A stretch of 64,000 nucleotides of DNA, from NCBI RefSeq assembly GCF_009914755.1, contig NC_060946.1; one strand, written 5' to 3'. The stretch is from the human T2T-CHM13v2.0 reference genome, Homo sapiens. The notes under the pieces were generated by a model. The model was given only the letters and a program-made list of their open reading frames with translations. It was not told the origin of the DNA and searched no databases. Positions 1 through 13,300 of the stretch are shown piece after piece. The position numbers and the translations under genes are program-made. Position 1 is the stretch's first letter, and the number at the start of each line of letters is the position of its first letter.

Positions 1-177
1 CCAGCTTCCCCTCACAGCCACCGTGTCCATGCCCCGCTTCCCCAGCAGACGGTCGGCCCCTCCAGGACAGTGTCAAGTCTGCGCTCAGCCAGGTCTCCGG
101 GCTGCCGGGTGTGGCCATCCCGAGTGTTTGTGGAATAGATAAATGAGTAAATGAACAAGTCAGTACTTAAGAACCAC

Positions 178-1100
178 ATCTGAAAGAACTACAACTCAAC
201 AACAAAAAGACAAACAACCCAGTGTTACAATGAGCAAAGCGCTTGTAGACATTTCTACAAAGAAGATATACGCACCGCCAACAAGCTCTGGAGAAGACGC
301 TCAACCTCAGTAATCACTGGGGAAGGGCAAACCAAAACCAAAATGAGATGCCACCTCACACCCACTAGGATGGCTATGATTTAAAAAAAAAAAAAAAAAG
401 AAGAAGAAGAAGAAAGAAAAGAACAAGTGTTGCCAAGGATGTGGAGAAATTGAAACCCTCACACATTGACGATAGGAGCGGACAATGGTATAGCCACTGT
501 AGACAATGGTTTGGCAGTTCCTCAATAAGTTCAACCTGGAGTCACCCAGGGATTCCACCCCTTGGCATAGATTCAAATGAACCGAAGACAGGTGTTTAGA
601 CTAAAGTTTGTACACAAATGATCACAGTAGCACTATTCACAATAGCCAAACGCTGGAAACAAACTCAATGCCTGTCAACAGCTGAGTGGATAAACCAAAT
701 GTGGTCCATCTATACAATGGAACATTATGTGGCCATAAAAACGAGCAAAGCACTGGGTCATGCCACGGCATGGAGGAACCTCAACAATACAATGTTACAT
801 GAAGGAAGCTAGACCCCAAAACCACGTACTGTGTGGTTCCATGGCTATGAAACGTCCGGAATAGGCAAATCCATCGAGATAGAAAGTAGAAAGGTGATTG
901 CCAGGGCTGGGAAGGGGAACGGGGAACAGGGAGTGGCTGCCTAATGGGTATGGAATTTCCATCTGGGGTGATGGAAAGTTCTGGAACTGGGGGTAGTGAT
1001 TGCACCACATTGTGAATGGACTAGATGCCACTGAATTGTTCACTTAAAAATAGTCAAAGTGGTAAATTTTATTTTACGTATTTTAACCACGATTTTAAAA
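178..1100 (+). mobile_element. Old L1 (L1M-type) ORF2 3' end and 3'UTR fragment
   Basis: A-rich sequence with L1 hallmarks (caactcaacaacaaaaagacaaacaacc; cactattcacaatagccaaacgctggaaac; gataaaccaaatgtggtccatc). Degenerate ORF2 C-terminal peptide ALFTIAKRWKQ. Confidence 0.9.
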
Positions 1101-1499
1101 AACTCTATCTATACACGGGACTTCTGCACCCCAGTGAAGATTAGGACCCAATTGAAGGGGATGCGAGAGGCCCACCCAGCCGACGCCCTGCTTGCCTTCT
1201 TGCACGCTTATCCGGGGTATGTGGGGCTGACAGAGCAGGGGGACTAGAGCCCCCAGCAGCCCCCTGCGTGCCCGTGCATGGGTTAAAGGGGAAGTAAAGG
1301 CATCAGGGAATAGAATACAGGCTCCTGCACTGTATTTTGTGCCAGGAGTATAAATAGTTAGATGTGGTTGATAATTCAGAAACAATTTCAAAATTGTCTC
1401 CCTTACTAAGTGGGGGTGTTTGTGTTCCCACTAAAAATACCAAGTGCTCCCATTCTGAGGGTTAACTCTGGGCCGTTGGGACCTCAGACCTCACCTATG

Positions 1500-1640
1500 T
1501 ATCATTTAATCCTCACCTTGCTAGGTGAGTGGTGCCATCCTCATTTTGCAGGTGTGCAGATTAGAGCTCAGAGAGGCTAGGGGACCTGTCTGGCACTGCA
1601 CAGCCAGGCTTGGAGCCCAGTCTCTGAATCCAGCACTCAG
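1500..1640 (+). mobile_element. MIR fragment (representative of many MIR remnants, e.g. ~2840, 7960, 8180, 10190, 12180, 20810, 22130, 37080, 53370)
   Basis: MIR-like atcatttaatcctcac...cccattttgcag core. Elsewhere the recurring gaaactgaggc / cctcagtttcccatctgt motifs. Confidence 0.7.
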
Positions 1641-3229
1641 GTAGAAGAAGGAGTGCCACATAGTAAGTGTGGGACACACGCTGGAACATGGCCTGGAGCA
1701 GGCACTGTGTCGGCTTTTCATTCTCAAAACAGCTTAAGTTCTTCCTTTGCTTAAAATCCTTCAGGCTGTGCAGCAATTCATTCCAGGTGCACAGGCGGCT
1801 CCCATGCAGCTGCCATCCCTGCCCTCCCACTGCTGCCCCGGGCACTGTCCAGTCTGACCCCTGCCCTCCCCGAGCCGGCCTGGCCCTGCCACACCCCAGG
1901 CCTGGCCCATGCCATTCCTTCCACATGGAGGCGAGGGGGCTGGGGAGAGGGGTGACTGGGATGGGCCCTCCTTAGAGAATGGTCGGCATGGGAAGTGGGG
2001 GAAAAATATCTACCAACTATTTTTATAGCCAGTGATTTAGAGGAGGCCAGAGAGCCGTGCGGGTAGTGTGCTGGGGCCACTGGGGAGCGTGGGCCGGCCA
2101 TGGGCACCCTCAGCAAACCCTGCGGGGCGGACCCAGCTTCGCTCCAAGTGTGAAAACTCTCAGGGATGGCTTCCTCATCCTCAGCTGCTTGCCTGGGTGC
2201 CCAGGGAAGGTTGGCCAGGAAGGCTCTGAGTGGCTGTGAGTGCAGAGATGCTGGGAGCGGGGGCATTCATGTTTCAGTCGCTGACCTTTTTCATGGAAAA
2301 TTCTGCCCCCGGCTCATCCCCCTGCACTGAATGGGGCCTCGGGACAGGCGAGATGCCAGGTGGGATGGGCAGGTTGCAAGTCTGGAAAGTTTCCTTACCC
2401 CAGCCTGGGCCAGTCCACTGCAGGGAGGGCGCTTATGGGAGAAGAGTTTAGCCCTGCAGACAAGAAGCCTCCTCCTCATTCCCCAGGGACTGTGGACAAG
2501 GCCCTGCAGTCTCAGGCCAGAGGCCAGCAGAGGCCCAGGAGCTTCCTGAGGTGCATCCTGGCGCAGGCTTTGAGCCGGCCCCCTGTACAAGGAGGGGCTG
2601 CCGCCAGGTAGCGGGACGACCTTGGTCTTTGGCAGAACAGCCCCAAGGGAGTGGGGCTGCCTCCAGGAGGAGGTGGCTGCGGTGGGGGTGAGGGGCAGGT
2701 GAGGACACTCCAGCCCCTTCAACCACTGCCAGGTGACAGACGAGAGCAGGAGTGGACAGAAGGCAAGTCCCTGGCTGCAGGGTTAGCCAGGTACCAGGCC
2801 AGCCCCACAGCCCTGGGGTGCCTGAGTCTGCAAATTCCTAGCTGTGAGACTCAGGCAAGTTTCTTAACTGTGTCTCAGTTTCCTCCTCTGTCAGATGGGA
2901 GTGATAACAGCTCCCATCCATCTCAGAGCTGCTGGGAGGGCCTATCCTGTGGCGTCCACAGCACGGGCCGCTGGCCTGCAGTGACAGCCCTCATTATTAA
3001 CCCTTGAAGGTTGAGACTGCAAGCTCATTACTGACCTCATTCACTAGACACACAATCTCCGACCCCCAGGATCCAGCCTCCCCCGGGAGATCAGGGACCA
3101 GCTTCATCTATGGGGCCCCAAGCCCGAGACCAGCAATTGTGAAGCTACTGGGTATCCGCGTCAGCCACTGCACCCACCACCGATGGGTCCACGCCCACAT
3201 CAGCCCTTCCCTGCAACCCAGCAATCTCT

Positions 3230-3960
<731 letters not shown>

Positions 3961-4060
3961 AAAGTAAAGCATTATAGCATGTGACTTTATTGAAATGGGG
4001 CAATAACAAAGCAGGAATGGAAACTCCAGGCTTCTTACAATAATTAAAATACAGAAAACA

Positions 4061-4340
4061 GGCCGGGCACGGTGGCTCACACCTGTAATCCCAGCACTTT
4101 GGGAGGCCGAGGCGAGTGGGTCACCTAAGGTCAGGAGTTTGAGACCAGCCTAGCCAACATGGTGAAACTGTGTCTCTACTAAATATACAAGAATAAGCTA
4201 GGCATGGTGGTGCACGCCTGTGATCTCAGCTACTTGGGAGGCTGAGGAAGGAGAATTGCTTGAACCAGGAGGCGAAAGTTGCAGTGAGCCGAGATCATGC
4301 CACTGCACTCCAGCCTGCGTGAGGGAGCAAGACTCCGTCT

Positions 4341-4374
<34 letters not shown>
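4061..4374 (+). mobile_element. Alu (AluSx-like)
   Basis: Full-length Alu with long A tail. TSD acagaaaaca on both sides. Confidence 0.95.
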
Positions 4375-4375
<1 letters not shown>

Positions 4376-7300
4376 AGAAAACACGCTTCAAAATTCAAAT
4401 ACCAACTTTACAAATCATGCCCGTGTGCTTTGTATGTGCCTAGCCCGCACGGGGGGTGCTAGCCCTTCCTGCACACATGCTCCATGGGGCTGCTGGGCTG
4501 GGCCAGCCACCGACCTAAGGCAGAGCTGGGCTGAGCCAGAATGCCCTGCCAGGGCTCCTCTGCCCCAGCCTGTGCCCATCAGCCAGCCTGTCCCCACCAG
4601 GCCCTCAGCCTCTCTGGACCCTGAATGCGGGCAACAGCCCACCGCAGCAGCTCCCACGCAGCGAGAAGGTTAAGTGCAGGAGACCTCAGGGAGTTGTAGG
4701 GGCTCATAGCCCTTGGTGGAGTGGCCTCCTGCTCTGCCCGTGCCCAGCCTGGCACTCAGGCGGTGGACAGAGTCACCCACATAGCCACCATCCTTCCTCC
4801 CAAAGGAGCAGGGCCCGTCAGCAGTGATGCGGAGGCCAGGAAGGAACAGGGTTGTGGGACGTGGCCCCTCTGGCTAAGACCCTCATCTGGGCGACACCGT
4901 CTCTGCCAAGGCCCAGCCTGGGGGCTCCCTCCTCCAACATTCTCAGGAGCTTTGGGGTGACCTGTCATCTTACTCTTGGGTACCCTGAGCCCAGGTGGCA
5001 GGGAGTGGGCAGCATCTCACCTGTGACCAGAATTAGAGCCACCCTGTCCTCTCCCCGACACCCCTGTTGTGTTCAGGAGTTTCTCCCGCTTCAAAGCCTC
5101 CCCCAGCAGGTAGGAGTCTAACCTAAATCCCTCATGCTGTCGGGGTCTTCAGTGGTTGAGGCACAGTGGACACCCACTCCATGCCTGACTGGCCTCAGAG
5201 TCCCCTCATGGTTGCTATTTCAAAGCTCGGGGGGCCAAGGGCTAGAATGGTGACAACAATCATGATTACTCTTCCCTCAGAACAGGAATCGGAGGTCCAG
5301 AAAAGTTCAGCAGCCTGCCTGGTAGCTCAGGAAGGCAGGGAGCGAGCACGGCTGGAACCCACCCCCGCTGTCCCGGGGCTGGCCAGTGCCCTGTCATCAA
5401 CCCTGCCCCTGGGACATACCCCATTCCTGACCCTCGAAGACAGCGGGGGCAGGATGGGCAGAGTATGGTCACTTGTCCTCCTGGAGAGCCACCCTCCCAT
5501 GTAAGTCAGGGGCAGGAGGCTGCATCTGGGGCCAGGCTGTGTGGGGTGGGCCTTCCCTGAGGAGCTCTTGGAGAAGGAAGCCCCCCGACGGGCACCCAGC
5601 TGCAAGGAGTCTCTCAGGCTCCAGACTGAGTCACGGGCCCTCCCCGAACAGGTCCGAGCCCCCATAGCTGGGTCCAGGATGGCAGAACCCTGTCTTACTC
5701 CCCACGATATGCTGGGCCTGGTGCAAGGCCAGGCGTGGCAGAGCCTCAGCTGTCACCGCAGAATGAGTGAATGAATGGTGGGTGACGAGTGGCTGACAGA
5801 CACATGCGGGAGACACTCTTCCCCGACAGAGGCCCCGCCTGTGCAGGCAGCAGGATGGGGCATCTGGGACACCCTCAGCAGGGCTGGGGCTGCAGGCTGG
5901 ACAGGGGGTGGGCAGCAGCGCGGCCGTGGGGTGTCCCCTTGTCACTCAGACTGTGTAACAGGTCAGTCGAAACCAGCTTGCACCCCCACTTCACATAGGG
6001 TTGAGAAAATGCCCACGGTCCACGTCAGGGCCCTGCGTTTAAAACTGGGGGATGGGGTGGTGAGGATTATGAGGGTGAAACCACCCAAAGTCGCCCTCGA
6101 GAGGGCACAGCTCCCCGCCAGCAACAGGACAAGCTGTGTCTTTCTGGTGATGAAGCCTGGGAGAAGTCGGCTGTGCTATGACAAAGATGTGGGCTCGTGT
6201 CCCGAGGAGGCCTGGGAGCCAGGCACCTCCACCTCAGTATCCCGTTTCTCCTCCAAATTCCCAAAAACCGACCCCACAAACCACAGCCCAGCTCTGTTTT
6301 GCCAGTGGGGGTGCAAATGACCCCACAGCAGCAGAGACTCCTCCCACCTGGGTGGACCCCCGCTCTCCCGCCTCGCTCTGGACTGGACACCGGCTCCCAA
6401 CCTGGCACCCAAGCAGCCCTAGTGCTGCCTACCCCACCCAGTTCAGGGTGGAAGTAGCCCCCTACCCCGCCACTGAAAGCATTCCCCAGAAGGACCGGGG
6501 CAGCTCTCCGTGGGGGAGACACGAGATCTGACTTCTTCCTGGAACCCAGCTGGAGCCTGCCCGGGCCTCAGCATCCCAGACCCCCCAGAGCCACAGGAGC
6601 CAGAAGCGGGAACCCTGGGGCCATCTGCCCTCCCCCGCAGATAACATGGACCTCTATCAAAAAGCTCATCAGAGATCAGAAAGGCTTTCCCCAGCATGCC
6701 CCGCTCTGCCCCCAGGGCACCCACCATCCTGCCCCTGGCATGGACCCACGCGCCACCCTGACACCAGCAGGATCATGGCCTCGGGGCCTGCCTGAGCCAC
6801 CTCCCAGCCCCAGCCCAGGCTGCTTCTCCTTGGCCACTTTGGCCAGGTGGCCCCAGACCTGCCCCCTCAGCCCTCACTCTTGCCCACACCCGTTCCTCCT
6901 TCCTCGCATGCTGGCCCGCCCCCGACCTGCTGAGCTCTCCACTGCAGAGACCCCTCCTTGGGGAGGCACTCCCACCCACCAGCCCCCTCTGGGAGTGCCC
7001 AGACTCTGTGCTTGACCTCTCAGGCTGTCCTAAGGCCACTGTGTCAGCGGCAGACTCCCCAGGGCAGGGGTCCCCAGAATTGCCCAGCACCTGGCCAGGC
7101 CCTACGCTCACCTTGGTCATGAGCCACCCCACCCCCCAGCTGAGGGAGCATGGGCAGCCCCCTCCCCAGCTCTCTGGGTGGCAGGGACAGGCTGGCTGAG
7201 CCTGGGCCTGATCTCCAGCCTCCCTCCCGGCCCCTGGCCCTGGCTGCCGGGCGGCCCTGGGCTCCTGCGGCCCACGCTTCTGGCCCGGGGCGCTTTGTAA

Positions 7301-10300
7301 TTCTTCCTTCTCAGGCATCTTCTGGCAAAAATATTTGAAGAATGTTCCAATTATCTGTGATCAGCCAGGGAGGCGGGCCTGGGTCCACCCATCCAGGAAG
7401 TAAGTCAGCAGATACCCGGGAGGACAGCACCTGGCCTCCGTACCCACCCAGGGCCGAGTCCTCGCCAGCCTCTTCCTTAGGTGGGCAGAGGGTTGGCCCG
7501 GAACTTTCCATCCATATAGGGGCTCTTCTATGGCTTTGGAGCCAGCAGGGTTCCTTGGGGCTGAGTATGGGGCAGGGGCTGGTGGTGGCCTCAGTGTTCC
7601 TGCCTGTCAAATGGGGATAAGAATGTGGGCCAGGTCTGAGGTCATTCAGCAGACCCCATGAGCCACAGGCTGCAGACTGGCCAGATGGGTATCTACTCAC
7701 CCAGAACAGAGCTCCACCTGCACCTGCCCCATAATGCCTGACCCCCACAGCAGCTCTGGCGCTGCCCTCAGAGGAGGCTGGAAGGGACGCATTGCAGCCC
7801 AGAGCTGGGCGCGCCGGTGAGAAGGAACCAGAGAGAATGAATAACAGGTCTGGGCTCAACAGCTGGTGCCCCGTCCTTTCTCAGGGCCCAGCTCCGTGGG
7901 GTGGAGGGGGGTGGGGCTTGGGCCAGGAGTTCCGCCCGGCCACCCCAAGGCTGTTCTGAGTCTCAGTTTTCCCATCTGAGAGCAGGGAACAATCACCTCT
8001 CCTTTGGCAAGTGGCAGGGGAGGCCCGGGAGGGGCCTTACACCTGTGGGGGAGGGACAGGCCCAAAGCGCTCCCCTTTCCAAGCAGGTTCATGGTGTGTG
8101 GGGCCCTGGAACCGTTTCCCACCCTGTCCCACCCTCTCCCCACTGTGGTTCCCCTGGCTGGTCCTTGCCAGCCTGACCTTACAGATGAGGAAACTGAGAC
8201 TCAGAGACAGCAATCAGAAGAGAGCAGTGTGGGTGGGGGCCGGGGCAGTGCATCCTTAGAGGAGGCACAGGGAGCTGGGCAGGTGGGGGGTGGGCAAGGA
8301 CGGGGCTGGGGAGAGCAGAGGGCTGACACCCCCAGGGCCCAGCTCAGGAATGAGGCCATCCCTCTGCTCCTCCCTGCCCCTCCCTGCCTCAGTTTCCCAT
8401 CTGTGTAGTGAGGGGCTGAGGTGACAATCTGGGTACCTGCAGCTGTGTCCTAAAGAGGTTCGCTTGCTTGCTTGGGTTTGGGGTCCTGTGTTTGAGTTCT
8501 GCTCAGCCACTGGCTCTCGCTGGCCTCCCTGAGCCTCAGTTTGCCGGTCTGTTCAATGGGGAGAACTGGCCTGCTGGTGGGTGGGGCATCCTGCAGGCTG
8601 CACTCCACCACAGTCCCGCCTGCCACTCTTTCCACGCCACTGCTCTGCTCAGCTCTTGGCTCTCAGTGTTCCCAGGGAAGGGAGCAGAGCGTCCGCTTGC
8701 TCCCTCGCGCCCCCGGCGGGCGGCTGCCCTCCCACCCTCCCCACATAGCTGGCATTCCTGGCCTGGCAGCCTGGGACCCCACCCTGGAGAAGAACCAGAC
8801 CGCCTGGGAAAAAGCTGCTGAAGAGCTGGGGGCCCCAGGCAGGGCTGAGGCCGCTGCAGGTGGATGAGCCACAGCCATGGGGTCCATTGCACCCCTGGCC
8901 AACACAAGGGGCCCGCAGCTAATGAGGTCAAGGGCAGACACTCCCAGCCACCATATCTGCTAAATCTGTGAAATGAGAGCCTCACCCACTCACTGTGACC
9001 TCCCAAACCACAGGACGCTGACCTCTGACTTCAGAACCTTCCAGATCTCTACCGGCACCCAGGGCCCACCAGGATGCACCAGGTGCTGGCCATACTGGAC
9101 CAGCTCCTCCCCCTCCAGGGGCAGGTACCTTGCTCCCTCCAGCAGCCAGGCAAGATTCCAGACCCAGCTTAGTGCCTCCTCCTCCAAGAAGTCCACCAGG
9201 GTCTCTCTCAGTTCTCCCCTCTCCACTCCCTGCAGGATCACATCTGTGCTGGGCTCCTGAGGAAGCCGTTGGGACTGAAATTCAGCTATGCCCTTCCCCA
9301 GGTCTTACTCTGGCCCTTCTCTTTGCTTCCCACAGTACAGATGGGAACAGAAACACCCAGAGATGCCACAGCACCTGAGACCACACAGCTAGCTGAGACC
9401 CTAGCAAGGATGGGAGTCCCAGTCCTGGCCCTGGCCCTGATGCCACAGATCTGTTGGACGCAGGGGCGCCTTGCAGGCCTGGGTGACCAGGATGCCAACC
9501 TGAAACCTCAGGACAGATGGGTGGGTTGACAGACAGGTGGAACACGTTGGAGAGAGCTGGCAGGCCCCATTGGCCCATAGCCAGAATGGGAGTATGGACA
9601 CTCTGCGGCTGGGCCAGCGCCTCGGCCTTCCTGGCTGCCCTGGACTTGGCTGAGCGGCAGGTCTGGGGGCCGAGCCACCACCTCTCTGCAGACTGCAAGA
9701 CAGGGCTGAGCTCCCGGCCCTGGGACTCAGCCTCAGGCCGCAGTCCTGAAGGGTCCTCCTTCCAGGAACAGATGGGAGCCACGCCCAGTCCATGCCTGGG
9801 CCACACAGCATCTCAGACAGCATGTGAGCCAGAGCCAGGCCAGCCCCACACAGGTCATCTGCATTCTCCAAAGCAGGGGACCCATTCTGGGTCAGAAGTC
9901 CCCTATGCATAATTCCACATCCCCCTCACCTTTCAAGCAGCCCACTTTTCTGGAATGCTCCCTCCAAGAATTCCTAGGCCGCCACCGCCTCCTAGCCAAC
10001 TGCTCAGCTTGGATGCCTTGTGGCCCAGAGTGCCCACTTCCCCAGGGGCAGCCTCCTCTGCCTCTCATCAGCCTGGCTGAGTGAGTGCTTATGGAGCCTT
10101 CAGAACTCCAGGGGCCTTGACTGAAGTGGCCCGAGGTCCTGAGTGCCGTCCCTGCCTTCCCCACGGCGAGCCCCCAGTTGGAGTTCATCATTCCCATTTT
10201 ACAGAGGCGGCTTAGAGAGGAGCAGCATCTTGGGCCAGGCCACACAGCAACGTGGCAGTGGTTTGGTATCAGAGACAAGAGCAGGACCAGACCCTGTGGC

Positions 10301-13300
10301 TTTTCCCCCCACCTTTGGGCTCTGCCTCTTCCCACCCTCCCGTCTTCCCTGCCACAGGAATCTCCACCGTGGAAGGCGGTAAGTGGAAGCCCAGCTGGGC
10401 TCTGGGCTCACAGTCAGAGCTGGCTGCAAAGCCTGGCTCTCCCCAGACTCTGAAGGTAGGGGACCAGCCCCAGCCACCCTCCAAGGCTGCTCCAAAGCAG
10501 GGGACTCCCGCAACAGAGGGAGGCATCACACCGCACACCCTGCCTGGCTCCTAAAGATGCCAGAAGGAAATACAAGAGCACAATGGGGCGCCAGGTGACC
10601 CCCCGCACCTCCAGGAGCTGCAGCCTGGAGGGGAGCCCCCAGGCCACAAGCTGGGGAGGCAGGTTCTGAGAGAGAGCAGGTGCGGCCCATGTGCAATCTG
10701 CAGCCCTCAGCCCAGTGCCCCTCCCCAGGTGCAGGTCCACAGCAGCCCAGCCTGGCCACTTCAGGGACTGTGTCCCGCAGGTCCCCAGGCCCTGTGTCCC
10801 TGTGTACTCTGGACTACTGCAGACATGGAGTGACTGCAGCCCGGAGCCACTGACTCCCTATCCGGTGCTCTCTCCACAACACCAGCCTGCCTGGCATCCA
10901 GGGATCCTGGGCCTGTCACCCCCAGGAACACTCCCTGAACACCCTGAGGCTCAGAAAGGTGTGCCCAACATGCGACTCCATCCCCAGGGCAGTGCTACCA
11001 AGGCGGGTGACAACCTTGCTGGAGCAGTGATGGGGCCGAACAAGCGCTTCAGCCCACAGGAGTGTGGCCCCTGCAGGCCAGCCCCCCCCAGGCTGAGGGG
11101 AGTCATGGGGCACACAGGAGGAGCCCCAGGAAATGGAGATGGCGGAGTGATGAATCTGCCTTCCTAGTGGGGGTGTCAGCCGCACCTGGAAATTCCCAAC
11201 ACTTCCCCGTCAGTGGTGAAGTCACCCTGGGAAGACCTGAGTCGGGGAGCCTGGAAGTCATCCAGCCCCGGGCCACCCACTCCCCCTTCCCACCTGTGCC
11301 ACTAGGGGCCAAGCACGCCTGGGGCCACCACAGGCTCTGCCACCCCTGGGCAATCGGCCGTGACCTGGGAGTTCACGGGGCCCCAGACCCACAAGTGGCC
11401 ATCAGACTGACAGATTTGCTGGGTACCGACTGAGTGAGGGCCTGGCACTGCCCTGAGCACTGAGGAGGAGGCAGGCAACCCTGCAACCCTAGACCTGGCC
11501 AAGCACACTCCCTTGGCACCGCTGCCACCAGATGGTCCTACAGACTCAGCCACCTCCTCTCCTCAGCCCTGGAGTGTCCCGGGCCCTGCATCTGCAGCTG
11601 GTGGGCAGGACCAGCCTCCTCCATGCCTCCCCATCCTCCACCTCATTGCCCAGAAGGGTCTTTCTAAAGCTCTGCTGAAGCCACTCCTCCCTGCCCTGGG
11701 CTCCCCAGACCCGAGATCACTGCCTCCGGCCCCGCCCCCACCTCACCTTCCCCTGCTCCAGCCCTACTCAAACCTGCTGCTCCCCACTCCTGATGCTGCC
11801 ACATCCTCTTCACACCTCCAGGTCTTTGCCCACGTCTGTCCCTTTCCCAGGAACCCACCTTCCTTCCCTCCAGCAGGTCCTTCAGGGCCGAGGTCAGAGG
11901 CTGCCTTACTTGAGAGGTCTTCCCTGGGCCACCCTCATCACAGATGGCTTAGAGCTCCTGCTGTGGGTCCCACAGGGCTTTGTGTAAACGACGCTGGAAG
12001 GCAGGGCGGTAGGGACTTTCCTTCCCAGTCACACCTGCACACCTGGCCAGCCCTGATAACCCACCCGCGGGGGCTGCCGTCACGCTGTGGGCATGAAGGG
12101 AAAGTTCAGGGTGGTGGTGGAGCCAGCAGGAAGGGGAGGAGGGAGGAAGAGGACCTGGGGGAGCATCCAGACCCACCACCCAGATGGGGAAACTGAGGCC
12201 CAGAGAAGGGGAGGGATACCCTCAAGGTTGCCGCAAGCCCACAGCTGAGCCAGGAACAGGACCTGGGCATCCAGGACCACACACATGCTGACCCAACAAA
12301 GCTGGCCAGGCTGGTCTCAGAGCTCCTGGGTCAGGGGCGAAAGCAGGACAAGACCCAGAACAGAAGGCCTCTGGGCTTCCCATACCCGCAGGACAGCTGC
12401 ACCTCTGGTCCCAAAGCTAAACTTGGAGGCAGCCCCTGCAACCTTGAGACCCTCGCTCAGGGCCCCGGGGACTCTTGGTCAACACACAGTTCTAAGCAAC
12501 TGGAGGCATTGGTTTCTGCCTGGAGAGGACAGGCAGGAAACGGGACACGCAACAGAGCCCGCCCAAGGCTGGAAACCCGCCTTAGTAAAACACCGTGACA
12601 AGTGGCATGGACCCGACAGCCAGGAGTCCCTGGGCTCAAATCTGGGCTCAGCTGCTTGACCTGGGCGAGTGACTCTGCACCCTGACCTCGTCTTCCTCAC
12701 TCCACCACCTACCAAGGCAGACGGGCCTCTCCTAGCTCCCCTTCTCTGGCAGCCCGAGGGGGACACAGATTCCAAAGCAGACCCTGGGCACTGTGCACAC
12801 GTCAGTCCCACTAGGGAGGGCCTTCTGGGGGAAACTGAGTCCTCCAGAAGTGGGAATGCCTCATCCTGTGTCCCCCAGGCGGGGGTCTGCAGGGCAGGCA
12901 GTGCATTCTGGAGGACTTCCCAATTGGAAGGGGCTTTGCCATCTGTCTCACCACGTGGGACTGCGCGGGCCTAAGTCTCAGCTCTGGATGCCTCCTCACC
13001 CTGGCCACGCCAATACCCACTGCGCGGAGGCCAGCTGAGACACCACCAGTCCTTGTGCCCGGGCTCCCTCCGGCCTGGCCCATTCAGAGCTCCAACAGGG
13101 CACGGAAGGGTTGGAGCAGGGATCACAGTGCGGGAGGGCTCCAGAAAGCGATAGAGGCCTGCAGGGGTCATGGGATGGGACTCCAGGGGATGCTCACTCG
13201 GGCTCTTCTCCGTTGCTGCTGACACCCGGCAAGCTGCTCGTCGGGTGCGGTGGCTTCCTCCCAGGCCCAGCTCCAGGCACCTGCAGGCTTCACACTCTAA

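Noticed and set aside
2017-2030. Minus-strand TATAAAA / MEF2-like AT tract in intron 1
   Set aside because: Isolated motif with no CpG island, CCAAT or compatible exon evident.
11522-11540. CTCF-like CCACCAGATGGTCC
   Set aside because: Mismatch in the key GGC 3' core. Much weaker than the two reported sites.
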